DNA of 56,462 bases from Candidatus Kaiserbacteria bacterium. GTDB lineage: Bacteria; Patescibacteriota; Minisyncoccia; Phycocordibacterales; UBA2100. Both the position numbers and the translations under genes were made by a program. The notes below the pieces were generated by a model. The model worked only from the letters and a program-made list of their open reading frames with translations. It was not told the origin of the DNA and did no database searches. This document shows positions 18,884-28,543 of this stretch, in pieces; the first letter of the stretch is position 1, and each line of letters starts with the position of its first letter. The stretch is taken from contig JALWOZ010000030.1 in assembly GCA_027083345.1 (NCBI GenBank), positions 66,977 to 123,438 on the forward strand, read 5' to 3'.

Positions 18884-20731
18884 ATGGGGATATTTGACTT
18901 TTTACAAAAAAATAAAAATGAAACAAAGCAAGAGACAGTTATGCCAGTGTTGCCAGCTGAGATATATAAACAAGGGGTCTTAGAATTACAAGATGTCATA
19001 GCGCCTTCAGCACTACAAATAACACCTAAGAGTCTGTCATTGGGAGAGAAGATGGCCAGAACCTTCTTCGTCATCTCTTATCCTCGTTTTCTCACAACAG
19101 GCTGGTTCTCTCCTATAATAAACTTAGATAAGATGTTTGATATATCAATACATATTCATCCACTTGAGACAACGGAGATTCTGCGCAAATTCCAAAGAAG
19201 AGTAGCTGAGATTGAGAGTCAAATATCGATAAGAGAAGACAAAGGGCTAGTGAGAGACCCTAAATTAGATACAGCGTATGCAGATTTAGAATACTTAAGA
19301 AATAGACTACAGCAAGCACAAGAAAAGTTATTTGATGTTGGATTGTATATAACAATTTATGGAGATACAAGAGAGGAGATAGACAAAATAGAGACAGAGA
19401 TACGCTCAATACTCGAGGCACGGCTAATATATCTTAAACCAGCCCTCTTCCAACAAGAACAAGGACTTAAAAGTGTTTTACCTCTATCTGACGATAAACT
19501 AAATGTACTAAATAAGTTAAACTCAGACCCTCTCTCTAGTATATTCCCATTTGTATCATTTGACCTCACATCAGACAGGGGGATACTCTACGGCATAAAT
19601 AGACACAACTCCAGTTTAGTACTATTTGATAGATTTAGTTTAGAAAACTATAACTCGGTAGTGTTTGCCAAGTCAGGTGCAGGTAAGAGTTACATGATGA
19701 AGTTAGAAATATTAAGATCTTTAATGTTTGACGCAGATATTATAATAATAGACCCAGAGAGAGAATATGAATATTTAGCAGAAACCGCAGGAGGTAGGTA
19801 CTTTAATATAACTCTCTCGAGTGAGCACCATATTAACCCTTTTGATTTGCCAACCCCCAGAGAAGATGAGAATCCAGCAGATGTATTAAGAAGTAACATC
19901 ATAACTTTAGTTGGTTTGTTCCGTATTATGTTAGGAGGCCTAACCCCAAGTGAAGACTCTATTATAGACAAAGCCATAACAGAAACTTACGCCCTAAAAG
20001 ACATCAATAGCGAAAGTGATTTCACAAATATAGAACCTCCTATATTATCGGATTTTGAACTTGTTTTATCAGGTATGGAGGGGAGTGAGAGCCTGGTACA
20101 AAGACTAACAAAATACACACAAGGTACTTGGAGTGGCTTCTTAAATAGAGCAACTAATGTAGACATGAATAAGAGACTTATAGTTTTTTCTGTTAGAGAC
20201 ATGGAGGATGAGTTAAAACCCGTCGCAATGTATATAATAACACACCATGTATGGAACATCGTACGGAAAACATTAAAAAAACGTATTTTGGTTGTAGATG
20301 AGGCATGGTGGATGATGAAGAGCGACGACACAGCAAGCTTTCTATACTCAATAGCCAAGAGAGGTCGTAAATACTTCTTGGGCTTGGCTACAATAACTCA
20401 GGATGTTGCCGACTTCTTAGGGTCTAAATATGGTAAGGCTATGTTGACCAACTCATCTATACAGATATTACTAAGACAGTCTCCGACATCCATAGACCTT
20501 ATTCAAGATACTTTTAAGTTATCTGACGAAGAAAAATACTTACTACTTGAGAGTGATGTAGGTGAAGGCATCTTCTTCGCCGGCCTTAAACACGTAGCTA
20601 TAAAAGTTATAGCTAGCTACACAGAAGACCAAATCATAACTTCTGACCCTTCACAAATATTAGCTATAAAAAAAGCCAAACAAGAACACGCCGAAGAACA
20701 AGGAGGAGGATTAGACTCTATAGAATTGTAG
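18884..20731 (+). CDS. virB4: VirB4/TraC-class type IV secretion ATPase
   Basis: 615 aa. Walker A 'FAKSGAGKSYMM', Walker B 'RILVVDEAWWMM', 'GLATITQDVADF'. The N-terminal domain 'ARTFFVISYPRFL..GW' is typical of Gram-positive VirB4 homologs. Confidence 0.85.
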   Translation: MGIFDFLQKNKNETKQETVMPVLPAEIYKQGVLELQDVIAPSALQITPKSLSLGEKMARTFFVISYPRFLTTGWFSPIINLDKMFDISIHIHPLETTEILRKFQRRVAEIESQISIREDKGLVRDPKLDTAYADLEYLRNRLQQAQEKLFDVGLYITIYGDTREEIDKIETEIRSILEARLIYLKPALFQQEQGLKSVLPLSDDKLNVLNKLNSDPLSSIFPFVSFDLTSDRGILYGINRHNSSLVLFDRFSLENYNSVVFAKSGAGKSYMMKLEILRSLMFDADIIIIDPEREYEYLAETAGGRYFNITLSSEHHINPFDLPTPREDENPADVLRSNIITLVGLFRIMLGGLTPSEDSIIDKAITETYALKDINSESDFTNIEPPILSDFELVLSGMEGSESLVQRLTKYTQGTWSGFLNRATNVDMNKRLIVFSVRDMEDELKPVAMYIITHHVWNIVRKTLKKRILVVDEAWWMMKSDDTASFLYSIAKRGRKYFLGLATITQDVADFLGSKYGKAMLTNSSIQILLRQSPTSIDLIQDTFKLSDEEKYLLLESDVGEGIFFAGLKHVAIKVIASYTEDQIITSDPSQILAIKKAKQEHAEEQGGGLDSIEL

Positions 20732-20750
20732 CTCGTGTTACAATAACAAC

Positions 20751-21284
20751 ATGAGTACCGAATATAGGATAAACAACTTTACTAGATTTTGGATGCTATC
20801 TTTAGCAATATCTTTTGATTTACTACAATTTCTTACTCCAGGTATCCTAGATAAATTCATAACTCTTATAGCTACAATAGTATTTGGTATGTTATTTGCA
20901 GAAAAAGGAGCCCTCACAATGAAAGGTAAGGGAATTATTAGAATCCTTAAATTATTAGGTCCGATATCAGATATAATTATAGGTAATATACCGGGCATAA
21001 CATTAACTGTATGGGCTCAAATTGAAGAATCTCGCATTATAGACAAAGTAGCTCCAGACTCTGCAAAAGCTGTTTTACAAAATAAACAAAAGTTAAAGAG
21101 CCCAAAGAGAGGTGTGGGTACCAAAGTAACACAAGATACTATACAGAACCCTACAAAATATGGTAAAGGTAGGAGGGGGCAAAGAACCCTATCAAGAGAA
21201 TATACCCGCAGTATCAATAGAAACACGCATTCTAAACAAAGAAGTCTGCAAAATACAAAACTACCTTCCAAACACATGTTATAA
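20751..21284 (+). CDS. membrane protein with a basic C-terminal tail, unknown function
   Basis: 2-3 TM helices in the first 100 aa, then a Lys/Arg-rich tail. Confidence 0.5.
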   Translation: MSTEYRINNFTRFWMLSLAISFDLLQFLTPGILDKFITLIATIVFGMLFAEKGALTMKGKGIIRILKLLGPISDIIIGNIPGITLTVWAQIEESRIIDKVAPDSAKAVLQNKQKLKSPKRGVGTKVTQDTIQNPTKYGKGRRGQRTLSREYTRSINRNTHSKQRSLQNTKLPSKHML

Positions 21285-21291
21285 TTATAAT

Positions 21292-22326
21292 ATGCGTCTA
21301 TTATATATATTTGCCATATTTATATTATTCACTCCATATGTGCAAGCATATACTCCTTCAAATTTTGATGAGTTTACAGATGCGTCCATGTATATACAAC
21401 CTAAATACCCAGAACCAGGAGAAGAGGTATTGGTAAACCTACAAAGTTACACTAACAATTTACACAACATATTCATACAGTGGTTATATGGAGGTAAAAT
21501 TATAAAAGAGGGAGTAGGTGTAACTAATGTAAAAATTATCGCACCAAAATTAGGAAAGAGTCTAAAATTAAAAGCTAAAATTAAAGGTGTTACAGATCTA
21601 GAAAGAGACATAGCACCTATACTAATAGATATATTGTGGACAGCACAAACTTATACCCCCAAAAGATACCTTGGTAGAGCCCTGCCAACAAACAGATCTA
21701 AAATACAAGCAGTGGCAATACCTCACTTAGGTAAAAGTAATATAGACCCTAACAAGCTTACATACAATTGGTATAAAAACAATAGATTCTTAACAAAAAA
21801 CTCGGGTATAAATATGTCAAAAATAACAACGGCGTCGCCTAATATATATGATGAATACATACTAAATGTAGAAGTCTTAGATAGAAAGGGTAATAAATTA
21901 GGTAGAAGTGGCGTAAATATAAAAACGGTCAAGCCAGAGGTTTTACTATATACAATACACCCTTTATTAGGAGTACGTTATAATACATCCTTAAATAATC
22001 CAACTCTAAATAATAATATCTCAGATGAGGCCCGTATAGTAGCTGAGCCATACTATTTTAGTACCATAAACACAAATTTATTAAGTTATGTATGGAAAGC
22101 TAATAATATGAATCTTGAAAAAACATCAAGCCCACAATCTGTCACAATCCTAAAATCAACCCCTGGCGCAAGTTTATCTGTTTATGTAAAAGATAAAAAC
22201 AAACTCCTACAGTATAGCGACACGACATACACAATGTCCAGGAAAAATAACAGCTTAAACACATCTCCTAATACACAAAACAATAAGACATACACGTCGC
22301 CTTTTGGATCACCGCCAGGAATATAA
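21292..22326 (+). CDS. secreted beta-rich protein, unknown function
   Basis: Start moved to ATG 21292 (MRLLYIFAIFILFTPYVQA, a signal peptide). The listed upstream extension overlaps the previous gene. Confidence 0.6.
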   Translation: MRLLYIFAIFILFTPYVQAYTPSNFDEFTDASMYIQPKYPEPGEEVLVNLQSYTNNLHNIFIQWLYGGKIIKEGVGVTNVKIIAPKLGKSLKLKAKIKGVTDLERDIAPILIDILWTAQTYTPKRYLGRALPTNRSKIQAVAIPHLGKSNIDPNKLTYNWYKNNRFLTKNSGINMSKITTASPNIYDEYILNVEVLDRKGNKLGRSGVNIKTVKPEVLLYTIHPLLGVRYNTSLNNPTLNNNISDEARIVAEPYYFSTINTNLLSYVWKANNMNLEKTSSPQSVTILKSTPGASLSVYVKDKNKLLQYSDTTYTMSRKNNSLNTSPNTQNNKTYTSPFGSPPGI

Positions 22327-22333
22327 ATAAAAT

Positions 22334-23572
22334 ATGGAAAAACGAAAACTATATATAATAACAGCTCTAATAATAATCTCATTACTCTCGGGATTATCTT
22401 TTTGGTATTTGTATATAATTAAACAAAAATCAAATATAACAAAAGTAACAAATCTAGACATTCAAGGGCCAGAAGATAAGAATGCAATACTAAAACTACC
22501 TCCATCTAATCCTTTTGGTGAGAATTCTACTACAACTACTATAGATAAAGATTTTAAACAAGCATCAAATACTGAGCAAAATGCAATAACATCTTCTACA
22601 ACTACCACTCCTATAGAAAAATGGGAGCTGATCCAAATATATGATAAGCCTGTAGCAGGTTACAGCATAGCAGAAAACACAATAAAATTTATAGATAAAA
22701 GTACAGGCAATATTAATGAATGGTTTGACAATAATATAATACGGCTTTCTGGTATAACTATTCAAAAGGTACAAGATGCGTATGTACTATCAGATTCCTC
22801 TACCTTAATAACTCAAAACAGTACCTCAACCCCTGTATTGATTAAAATAAAAGGAGAGGAAGCTACTACTGAAAGCACTAATATGGACTCCGACATACTC
22901 CAGTCAGCACAATCAAGAGATACTATCTATTACACAAAACTTAATAATAGTGGAGAATTAGTATTAAAAAACTCAAAATCTCCAAAAAGAATTCTGTGGA
23001 CATTTGATATTCCAGATTGGTTAATACAGGCGACTAATAAAGATATAGTAATAACTCAAAAGGCTTCATATAACATACCAGGGTACTCTTATTTATTAAA
23101 CAAAGATAACCTCAAAAATAAGACCGCTCAATTAAAGCCGATTATACGAGATACTCCAGGTCTTATCACTAACGTATCTCCAGATAGCCAACAAGTTCTT
23201 TACTCATCTTTTGGGAAGAAACAAGCGTCACTAAATCTTAAGCAGATAAATAACAATAAGAACATTACTCTATCTGTAATAACATTAGCAAATAAATGTA
23301 GTTGGGGTAACGATAGTTTAGTTTTATATTGTGCTATACCTAAGACAATCCCACAAAATATAATAAATAAACTACCAGACATATGGTACAAAGGAGAAAT
23401 TAGTTTTAATGACGATTTATGGAAGATAGACACAAAATCCGGAGATGCTTTAAGGTTGGCACGAGATACAACACTTGATATAATCAATATTAAAGAGGGA
23501 GATGGCTTGATTGTCTTTACTAATAAAATAGACCAATCACTCTGGGCAATGGTAAGAAGTAATAAAGAATAA
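22334..23572 (+). CDS. N-terminally TM-anchored extracytoplasmic protein, unknown function
   Basis: TM 'LYIITALIIISLLSGLSFWYLYII', Thr-rich linker, then a beta-rich domain. Confidence 0.6.
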   Translation: MEKRKLYIITALIIISLLSGLSFWYLYIIKQKSNITKVTNLDIQGPEDKNAILKLPPSNPFGENSTTTTIDKDFKQASNTEQNAITSSTTTTPIEKWELIQIYDKPVAGYSIAENTIKFIDKSTGNINEWFDNNIIRLSGITIQKVQDAYVLSDSSTLITQNSTSTPVLIKIKGEEATTESTNMDSDILQSAQSRDTIYYTKLNNSGELVLKNSKSPKRILWTFDIPDWLIQATNKDIVITQKASYNIPGYSYLLNKDNLKNKTAQLKPIIRDTPGLITNVSPDSQQVLYSSFGKKQASLNLKQINNNKNITLSVITLANKCSWGNDSLVLYCAIPKTIPQNIINKLPDIWYKGEISFNDDLWKIDTKSGDALRLARDTTLDIINIKEGDGLIVFTNKIDQSLWAMVRSNKE

Positions 23573-23577
23573 ATAAT

Positions 23578-23952
23578 ATGTTTAATATAAAATCACTACT
23601 TGCCTCGATTAGTTATGTACCAATGACTAAAATACCTTTTTTGACAAATAACATACCAAATATAGATGGAGTGGGGATAGCCAGTCCTGTTGAATTATTT
23701 AATGCTTTATTCACACTGTCTATCACAATAGGAGCTATCTTAGCTGTTGTGATGTTTATGTATGGAGGCATACAAATGATAACAGCCAGGGATAATGCAG
23801 GTACAGTGGGGAAAGGTAAAAAAAGAATGACAAATGCTATATATGGGCTACTTATGCTTTTATCTACCTATATAGTCTTAAACACAATAAATCCACAATT
23901 AACCAACCTAGACCTATTCCAAAACTTCCAGAAAATAAACCCAAATAATTAA
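23578..23952 (+). CDS. type IV secretion pilin-like protein (TrbC/VirB2-type, CPR T4SS_pilin-like)
   Basis: 124 aa. Two hydrophobic helices ('LFTLSITIGAILAVVMFMYGGIQMI' and 'AIYGLLMLLSTYIVL') separated by a short basic loop. Last gene of the operon. Confidence 0.6.
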   Translation: MFNIKSLLASISYVPMTKIPFLTNNIPNIDGVGIASPVELFNALFTLSITIGAILAVVMFMYGGIQMITARDNAGTVGKGKKRMTNAIYGLLMLLSTYIVLNTINPQLTNLDLFQNFQKINPNN

Positions 23953-23953
23953 A

Positions 23954-24406
23954 TTAATCTACCCATTTAATCACAACTCTACGATCAAAACCCTCTCCAA
24001 TTGAAGATGTCTTTATATTTTTATCTTTAGCAAAATACGAATGCACTAACATACGTTCGTAACCATTTGCAGGTTGTAGCTCTAGACTATGCTTAAGCTC
24101 TTTTACAACACGAGCTTGGGCTTCAGCATTCTCTATTATAGAGTCTATATGATTTCTCTTATAATCATTTACATCTAGTATAATTCTTACTCTACTGTTT
24201 AATTCTCTCTCCAATAAACGATTTATCAATAAGTTTAATGCTCGCATCGTGAAGCCTTTCTCTCCAATAAGTAAACCACTATCAGACTCACTAACTTTTA
24301 TATTATAAAACACCTGATTAACCACTTCTTTCTCCTCGATTCCATCATTATCTATACCTACCTTACTTAGGAGTGTATTTACTATTTGTTCAACATTACT
24401 TTTCAT
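23954..24406 (-). CDS. jag: Jag-type KH + R3H RNA-binding protein
   Basis: KH-like 'LLIGEKGFTMRALNLLI' and R3H-like 'ERMLVHSYFAKDKNIKTSSIGEGFDRRVVI'. Lies downstream of yidC, as usual. Confidence 0.8.
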   Translation of the reverse strand: MKSNVEQIVNTLLSKVGIDNDGIEEKEVVNQVFYNIKVSESDSGLLIGEKGFTMRALNLLINRLLERELNSRVRIILDVNDYKRNHIDSIIENAEAQARVVKELKHSLELQPANGYERMLVHSYFAKDKNIKTSSIGEGFDRRVVIKWVD

Positions 24407-25142
24407 AAGAGTTATCTAACTTTAATTGTTTACGAACAAAGATCTCCTGTAAAATTGTAAATATATTACTTGTAACCCAATATAGAGCCACTGCAGCAGA
24501 TATTGTATAAGCTACAAACGTTATTATTATAGGCATAACATACTTCATTTGTACATGCATACTACGTGCAATATCATCTTTAATGTTTAATTGTTTATTG
24601 CCCTTAACAACCTCAGGGGCTTTCGGTATAATAATCGCCATATTTACAAATTGAGTTATCCCAGCAAGTAAAGCCAGCACTACACTTTTACCAGCCATAT
24701 CCACAATACCTACAAAATTCATATTAGGTAAGACTTTATTATTAATAAAAGGATACACTATAGACAAATCTATCGCAGGCAAACCTCCTTTAGCAAAAAC
24801 CCAGTACAAACCTAGTACAATAGGCAATTGTATAAATAAGACAAGTATACCAGAAAATGGGTTTATCTTATTCTTTTTATACAAATCAAATACTTTTGTA
24901 GTTTGTAATTGTTTATCATCTTTGTATTTAATTTTAATTTCTTCTAGTTCTGGTTGCATCTTTTTTACCAATACCTGTGTACGAGACATATTGTGAGCCA
25001 TAGGGAAGAGTAATAGTTTAACCAAAATTGTAAGCAATATAACTGCAATCCCGACATCTGCACCAGGTACTACCCCAACAAGAAAAATAAGTGCGTTATA
25101 TAGAGGTGTATATACAATATTATGAAATAGTGTAGAAAACAT
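24396..25142 (-). CDS. yidC: membrane protein insertase YidC (short form)
   Basis: 248 aa, 5 TM. 'MQPELEEIKIKYKDDKQ' and 'INPFSGILVLFIQLPI' motifs. rnpA-yidC-jag synteny. Confidence 0.9.
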   Translation of the reverse strand: MFSTLFHNIVYTPLYNALIFLVGVVPGADVGIAVILLTILVKLLLFPMAHNMSRTQVLVKKMQPELEEIKIKYKDDKQLQTTKVFDLYKKNKINPFSGILVLFIQLPIVLGLYWVFAKGGLPAIDLSIVYPFINNKVLPNMNFVGIVDMAGKSVVLALLAGITQFVNMAIIIPKAPEVVKGNKQLNIKDDIARSMHVQMKYVMPIIITFVAYTISAAVALYWVTSNIFTILQEIFVRKQLKLDNSYEK

Positions 25143-25175
25143 TGAGAATAATAATACACTAGTAGAGATATATTA

Positions 25176-25457
25176 TCAATTGACACTACTTAAAATCTCT
25201 AGCGCCTCTTTCTTTAAATCTAAATATGACAAGTCGCTAATGCCTTTTTTAACATAAACGATACCCTTAAGTTTTTTATTCTTAAGTGACAATCCTTCTG
25301 TAAATATATGTCTTAATCTTCTCTTTATTTTGTTTCTATTTACAGCTAACTTAACAAATTTTTTAGGTACAATAACAATCACAGGGTAGGAACTAACGCT
25401 CGCTACCCTGTTATCAAGTTGTTTCAGAATTAAGTGCTTTGAACTTAATTTAACCAT
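25176..25457 (-). CDS. rnpA: ribonuclease P protein component
   Basis: '[21 protein letters not shown]' (RNR motif). Follows rpmH. Confidence 0.85.
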   Translation of the reverse strand: MVKLSSKHLILKQLDNRVASVSSYPVIVIVPKKFVKLAVNRNKIKRRLRHIFTEGLSLKNKKLKGIVYVKKGISDLSYLDLKKEALEILSSVN

Positions 25458-25611
25458 TTTTACGATGAGTAGGCACAGCCAATTGTTTTCTCCCTTTACG
25501 TCTTCGTCTCAATATAAGCCTTTTACCTGTAACAGACTTGATACGAGATAGAAAACCGTGCTTCTTAGCTCTTTTTCTTTTAGATGGTTGATATGTTCTC
25601 TTAGTTGACAT
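25450..25611 (-). CDS. rpmH: 50S ribosomal protein L34 (not in the supplied ORF track because it is under 60 aa)
   Basis: Hand translation of the minus strand gives [53 protein letters not shown]. The stop overlaps the rnpA ATG (8-nt overlap). Confidence 0.9.
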   Translation of the reverse strand: MSTKRTYQPSKRKRAKKHGFLSRIKSVTGKRLILRRRRKGRKQLAVPTHRKNG

Positions 25612-25680
25612 TGTTTAATATTTTACATAAAAAAACCACAAAAGCAACTGAATGTTAATCTACTGAAAGCTATTAACAAC

Positions 25681-25689
25681 TTATCCACA
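25681..25689 (+). promoter_or_regulatory. perfect DnaA box TTATCCACA
   Basis: Exact consensus 9-mer, embedded in a 15-nt arm aacaacttatccaca (25675-25689). Confidence 0.8.
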
Positions 25690-25756
25690 TAGTTTTATAC
25701 TTTTACTGTAGGATTGGTATTTGTTGTTGTGTTTGTAGTCTAGTATAATGCGAATC

Positions 25757-25765
25757 TGTGGATAA
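25757..25765 (-). promoter_or_regulatory. perfect DnaA box (TGTGGATAA on the + strand)
   Basis: Exact reverse complement of the consensus. The arm tgtggataagttgtt (25757-25771) is the perfect inverted repeat of 25675-25689. Confidence 0.8.
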
Positions 25766-25805
25766 GTTGTTCTTATCTTAATTTATTAAACTTAATACTC
25801 TGCGC

Positions 25806-27167
25806 ATGACAAATAACACAAACTTATGGGAAACAGCTCTCCTAAAAATAGAACAAGAGACTACTGAGGCCAGTTTTAAGACTTGGTTTAAAGATAGTGT
25901 TTTATTAAAACAAGAAGACGGTGTTGTATACATAGGAGTAGCAACAAGAATCATGCGTGATTGGTTACAAGATAAATATTACAAACTAATATTAAAAACT
26001 GTTAGAGAGATAGATCCTGAATTACGTAATGTTGAGTTTACAGTAAGTAAAATGGTAGGTAAGAAAAAAAATCTAAAAAAAGACACCTCAAACACTCAAT
26101 CTACAGCACATATAAATTCATTACCTATGGATAATTTATATGTAGATAAAAATGATAATTTAAACCCCAGATACACATTTGACACATTTGTTGTAGGCCC
26201 TTTTAATCAATTAGCTAATGCAGCTGCGGAGGCAGTATTAAATAGTCCTGCTTTAACATATAACCCACTCTATATATATGGATCAACAGGACATGGTAAA
26301 ACACACCTTATACAAGCAATTGGTAATAAATTTAAAAAATTATACCCTAATAAGAAGGTATTTTATGTTAGTTCAGAGAAATTTACGGTAGACTACACAA
26401 ACGCTGTGCAAACCGGTAGGGGTAAGCAATTTAAAGATAAATATCGTCAATATGATGTATTAATAGTTGATGATGTACAATTTATAGCAGATAAAGAAAA
26501 AACTCAAGAAGAGCTTTTCCACTTATTTAATGCTTTATACGATTGTAATAAGCAAATAATATTCTCATCAGATAAACACCCTAATTCTATGCCAGGATTA
26601 GAGGATAGGCTAAGAGGCAGATTTAGCTCTGGTATGGTAACTGAAATACCAGCTCCCGACACCGACTCTAGGATAGCAATATTAAAAGAGAAAATTGCAT
26701 CCCATAACTTTGTTTTAGATAATAAAATAATAGAAACAATAGCAAAAGAACTTAGAGGTAATATAAGAGATATAGAAGGTATAGTTAACAATATTGTCTT
26801 AACCACTATGTCAAAAGGTAGAGATTTAAGACTCCCAGAGATACGATCTATTATACAAAATAACATGAAGCCTACAAAAAATATAACCCCTAAAGAGGTA
26901 ATAAATATCGTAGCGGATTATTATAATATAAACCCTACTGTAATTTATGAAAAAACAAGAAAAAAAGAAGTTGTTAAACCACGTCAAATTATAATGTACA
27001 TCCTGCGTGAGGATGTTGGTATATCATATCCAACAATAGGAGAGCAGTTAGGTGGTAGAGATCATACAACAGTTATACATTCATGTGATAGAGTTAAAAA
27101 AATGATAGAGGATGATCAAAACTTACAACAAGAAATTGATCAAATAAGAGTAATAATGAGAGACTAA
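25806..27167 (+). CDS. dnaA: chromosomal replication initiator DnaA
   Basis: AAA+ Walker A 'GSTGHGKTHL', 'LIVDDVQF', and C-terminal DNA-binding 'GGRDHTTVIHSCDRV'. Confidence 0.97.
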   Translation: MTNNTNLWETALLKIEQETTEASFKTWFKDSVLLKQEDGVVYIGVATRIMRDWLQDKYYKLILKTVREIDPELRNVEFTVSKMVGKKKNLKKDTSNTQSTAHINSLPMDNLYVDKNDNLNPRYTFDTFVVGPFNQLANAAAEAVLNSPALTYNPLYIYGSTGHGKTHLIQAIGNKFKKLYPNKKVFYVSSEKFTVDYTNAVQTGRGKQFKDKYRQYDVLIVDDVQFIADKEKTQEELFHLFNALYDCNKQIIFSSDKHPNSMPGLEDRLRGRFSSGMVTEIPAPDTDSRIAILKEKIASHNFVLDNKIIETIAKELRGNIRDIEGIVNNIVLTTMSKGRDLRLPEIRSIIQNNMKPTKNITPKEVINIVADYYNINPTVIYEKTRKKEVVKPRQIIMYILREDVGISYPTIGEQLGGRDHTTVIHSCDRVKKMIEDDQNLQQEIDQIRVIMRD

Positions 27168-27432
27168 TGTTTATAACACTGTTAATAATTATCTGATTAG
27201 TACTGTATAAATACCTAATATATAACATAATAAACTGTTAGTAACTTTATATATTTACAACTAAAAGACAAGATTAGATATTAGATAACATATTAATAAA
27301 AATTATTATAGTAATATACACACATAGTTTATGTTAAAATATATTATAAATTATAGTTAAAATACTTATAATCCACATATACACACACTTAATAGAAACA
27401 ATTGATAAAATTTAAATAATAATACACACACT
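27168..27432. other. very AT-rich dnaA-dnaN spacer, candidate oriC unwinding region
   Basis: 265 nt of mostly A/T. One near-consensus DnaA box, TAATCCACA, at 27369-27377. Three 'acacaca' motifs. Canonical position between dnaA and dnaN. Confidence 0.5.
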
Positions 27433-28542
27433 ATGAGATTAACTTGTAATAAATCAGAACTGTCAGAATCTGTACAAACAGCAATGAGAGTTGTTAATAC
27501 AAACGCAACATTAGAGTCATTAAGAGGTGTTTTGATTATAGTGCAAAATGGTAATACTTACATTAAAGCTACTAATTTAGAAGTTGGAGTCGATATACCA
27601 CTAGCATCTATTGATAATGAGGATGGCTCTGTATTAGTGAATCCAAAAATACTTATTGACGCTATTAAGTATTCAGATTCTAAAAAAGTAACACTAAAAT
27701 CAGATAATAATAAGAATATATTGAATATAGAATTAGAGACAGGAGAAACTAAATTAAAAACTCTAAATAGTACAGAATTTCCAAATATTGTTAAACAAAA
27801 ATCAGGAGATAAAATTAAAATTAAGATCAGTAGTATTGTAAATGGTGTTAAGTCTGTTATATATGCTGTATCTCATTCTGTTATTAAGCCTGAGCTGTCC
27901 AGTGTGTATATATGGCAAGATGGACAGCAACTTACTTTTGTAGCTACAGATTCTTTTAGGTTAGCAGAAAAAAAGATAAATCAAAACATAACAACAGATG
28001 ATTTATCTATACTTATTCCACAAAAAAATATACAAGACCTAATTTCGATATTAGAGCAATTAGACCAAAATGAGTTAATTGATGTTTATATAGATAAAGA
28101 TCAATTTTCTATATACATAGAAGAAACATATATAACATTAAGAACAATAGATGGGGCATTCCCTGATTATAAAAAGATAATCCCATCAGAACCAACAACA
28201 GAGATAACAGTTTTAAAACAGGACTTATCTCAAATAATTAAAAAAGCAGGTGTTTTTTCAGATAAGTTTAATAAAATAGTTATTAAAGTGGATTCTGGTA
28301 ATGATAAAATAATTATAAATACAGAAGACGGAGATTTTGGAGAGACTAAAGATATGTTAAGTGGTAAAGTTGAAGGAGTTGACGTGTCTATATCTGTGAA
28401 TCATAAGTACATATTAGATTGTTTACAGAGTATATATTCAGATAGTTTAGTACTTTCATTTTTTGGGCAAGGTAAACCAATGATTATAAGAGGTGTAGGA
28501 GATAAATCATTTACATACCTAGTTATGCCTATGAATAATTAA
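27433..28542 (+). CDS. dnaN: DNA polymerase III beta sliding clamp
   Basis: 369 aa directly after dnaA. Clamp-like three-domain length and a C-terminus 'YLVMPMNN'. Confidence 0.9.
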   Translation: MRLTCNKSELSESVQTAMRVVNTNATLESLRGVLIIVQNGNTYIKATNLEVGVDIPLASIDNEDGSVLVNPKILIDAIKYSDSKKVTLKSDNNKNILNIELETGETKLKTLNSTEFPNIVKQKSGDKIKIKISSIVNGVKSVIYAVSHSVIKPELSSVYIWQDGQQLTFVATDSFRLAEKKINQNITTDDLSILIPQKNIQDLISILEQLDQNELIDVYIDKDQFSIYIEETYITLRTIDGAFPDYKKIIPSEPTTEITVLKQDLSQIIKKAGVFSDKFNKIVIKVDSGNDKIIINTEDGDFGETKDMLSGKVEGVDVSISVNHKYILDCLQSIYSDSLVLSFFGQGKPMIIRGVGDKSFTYLVMPMNN

Positions 28543-28543
28543 T

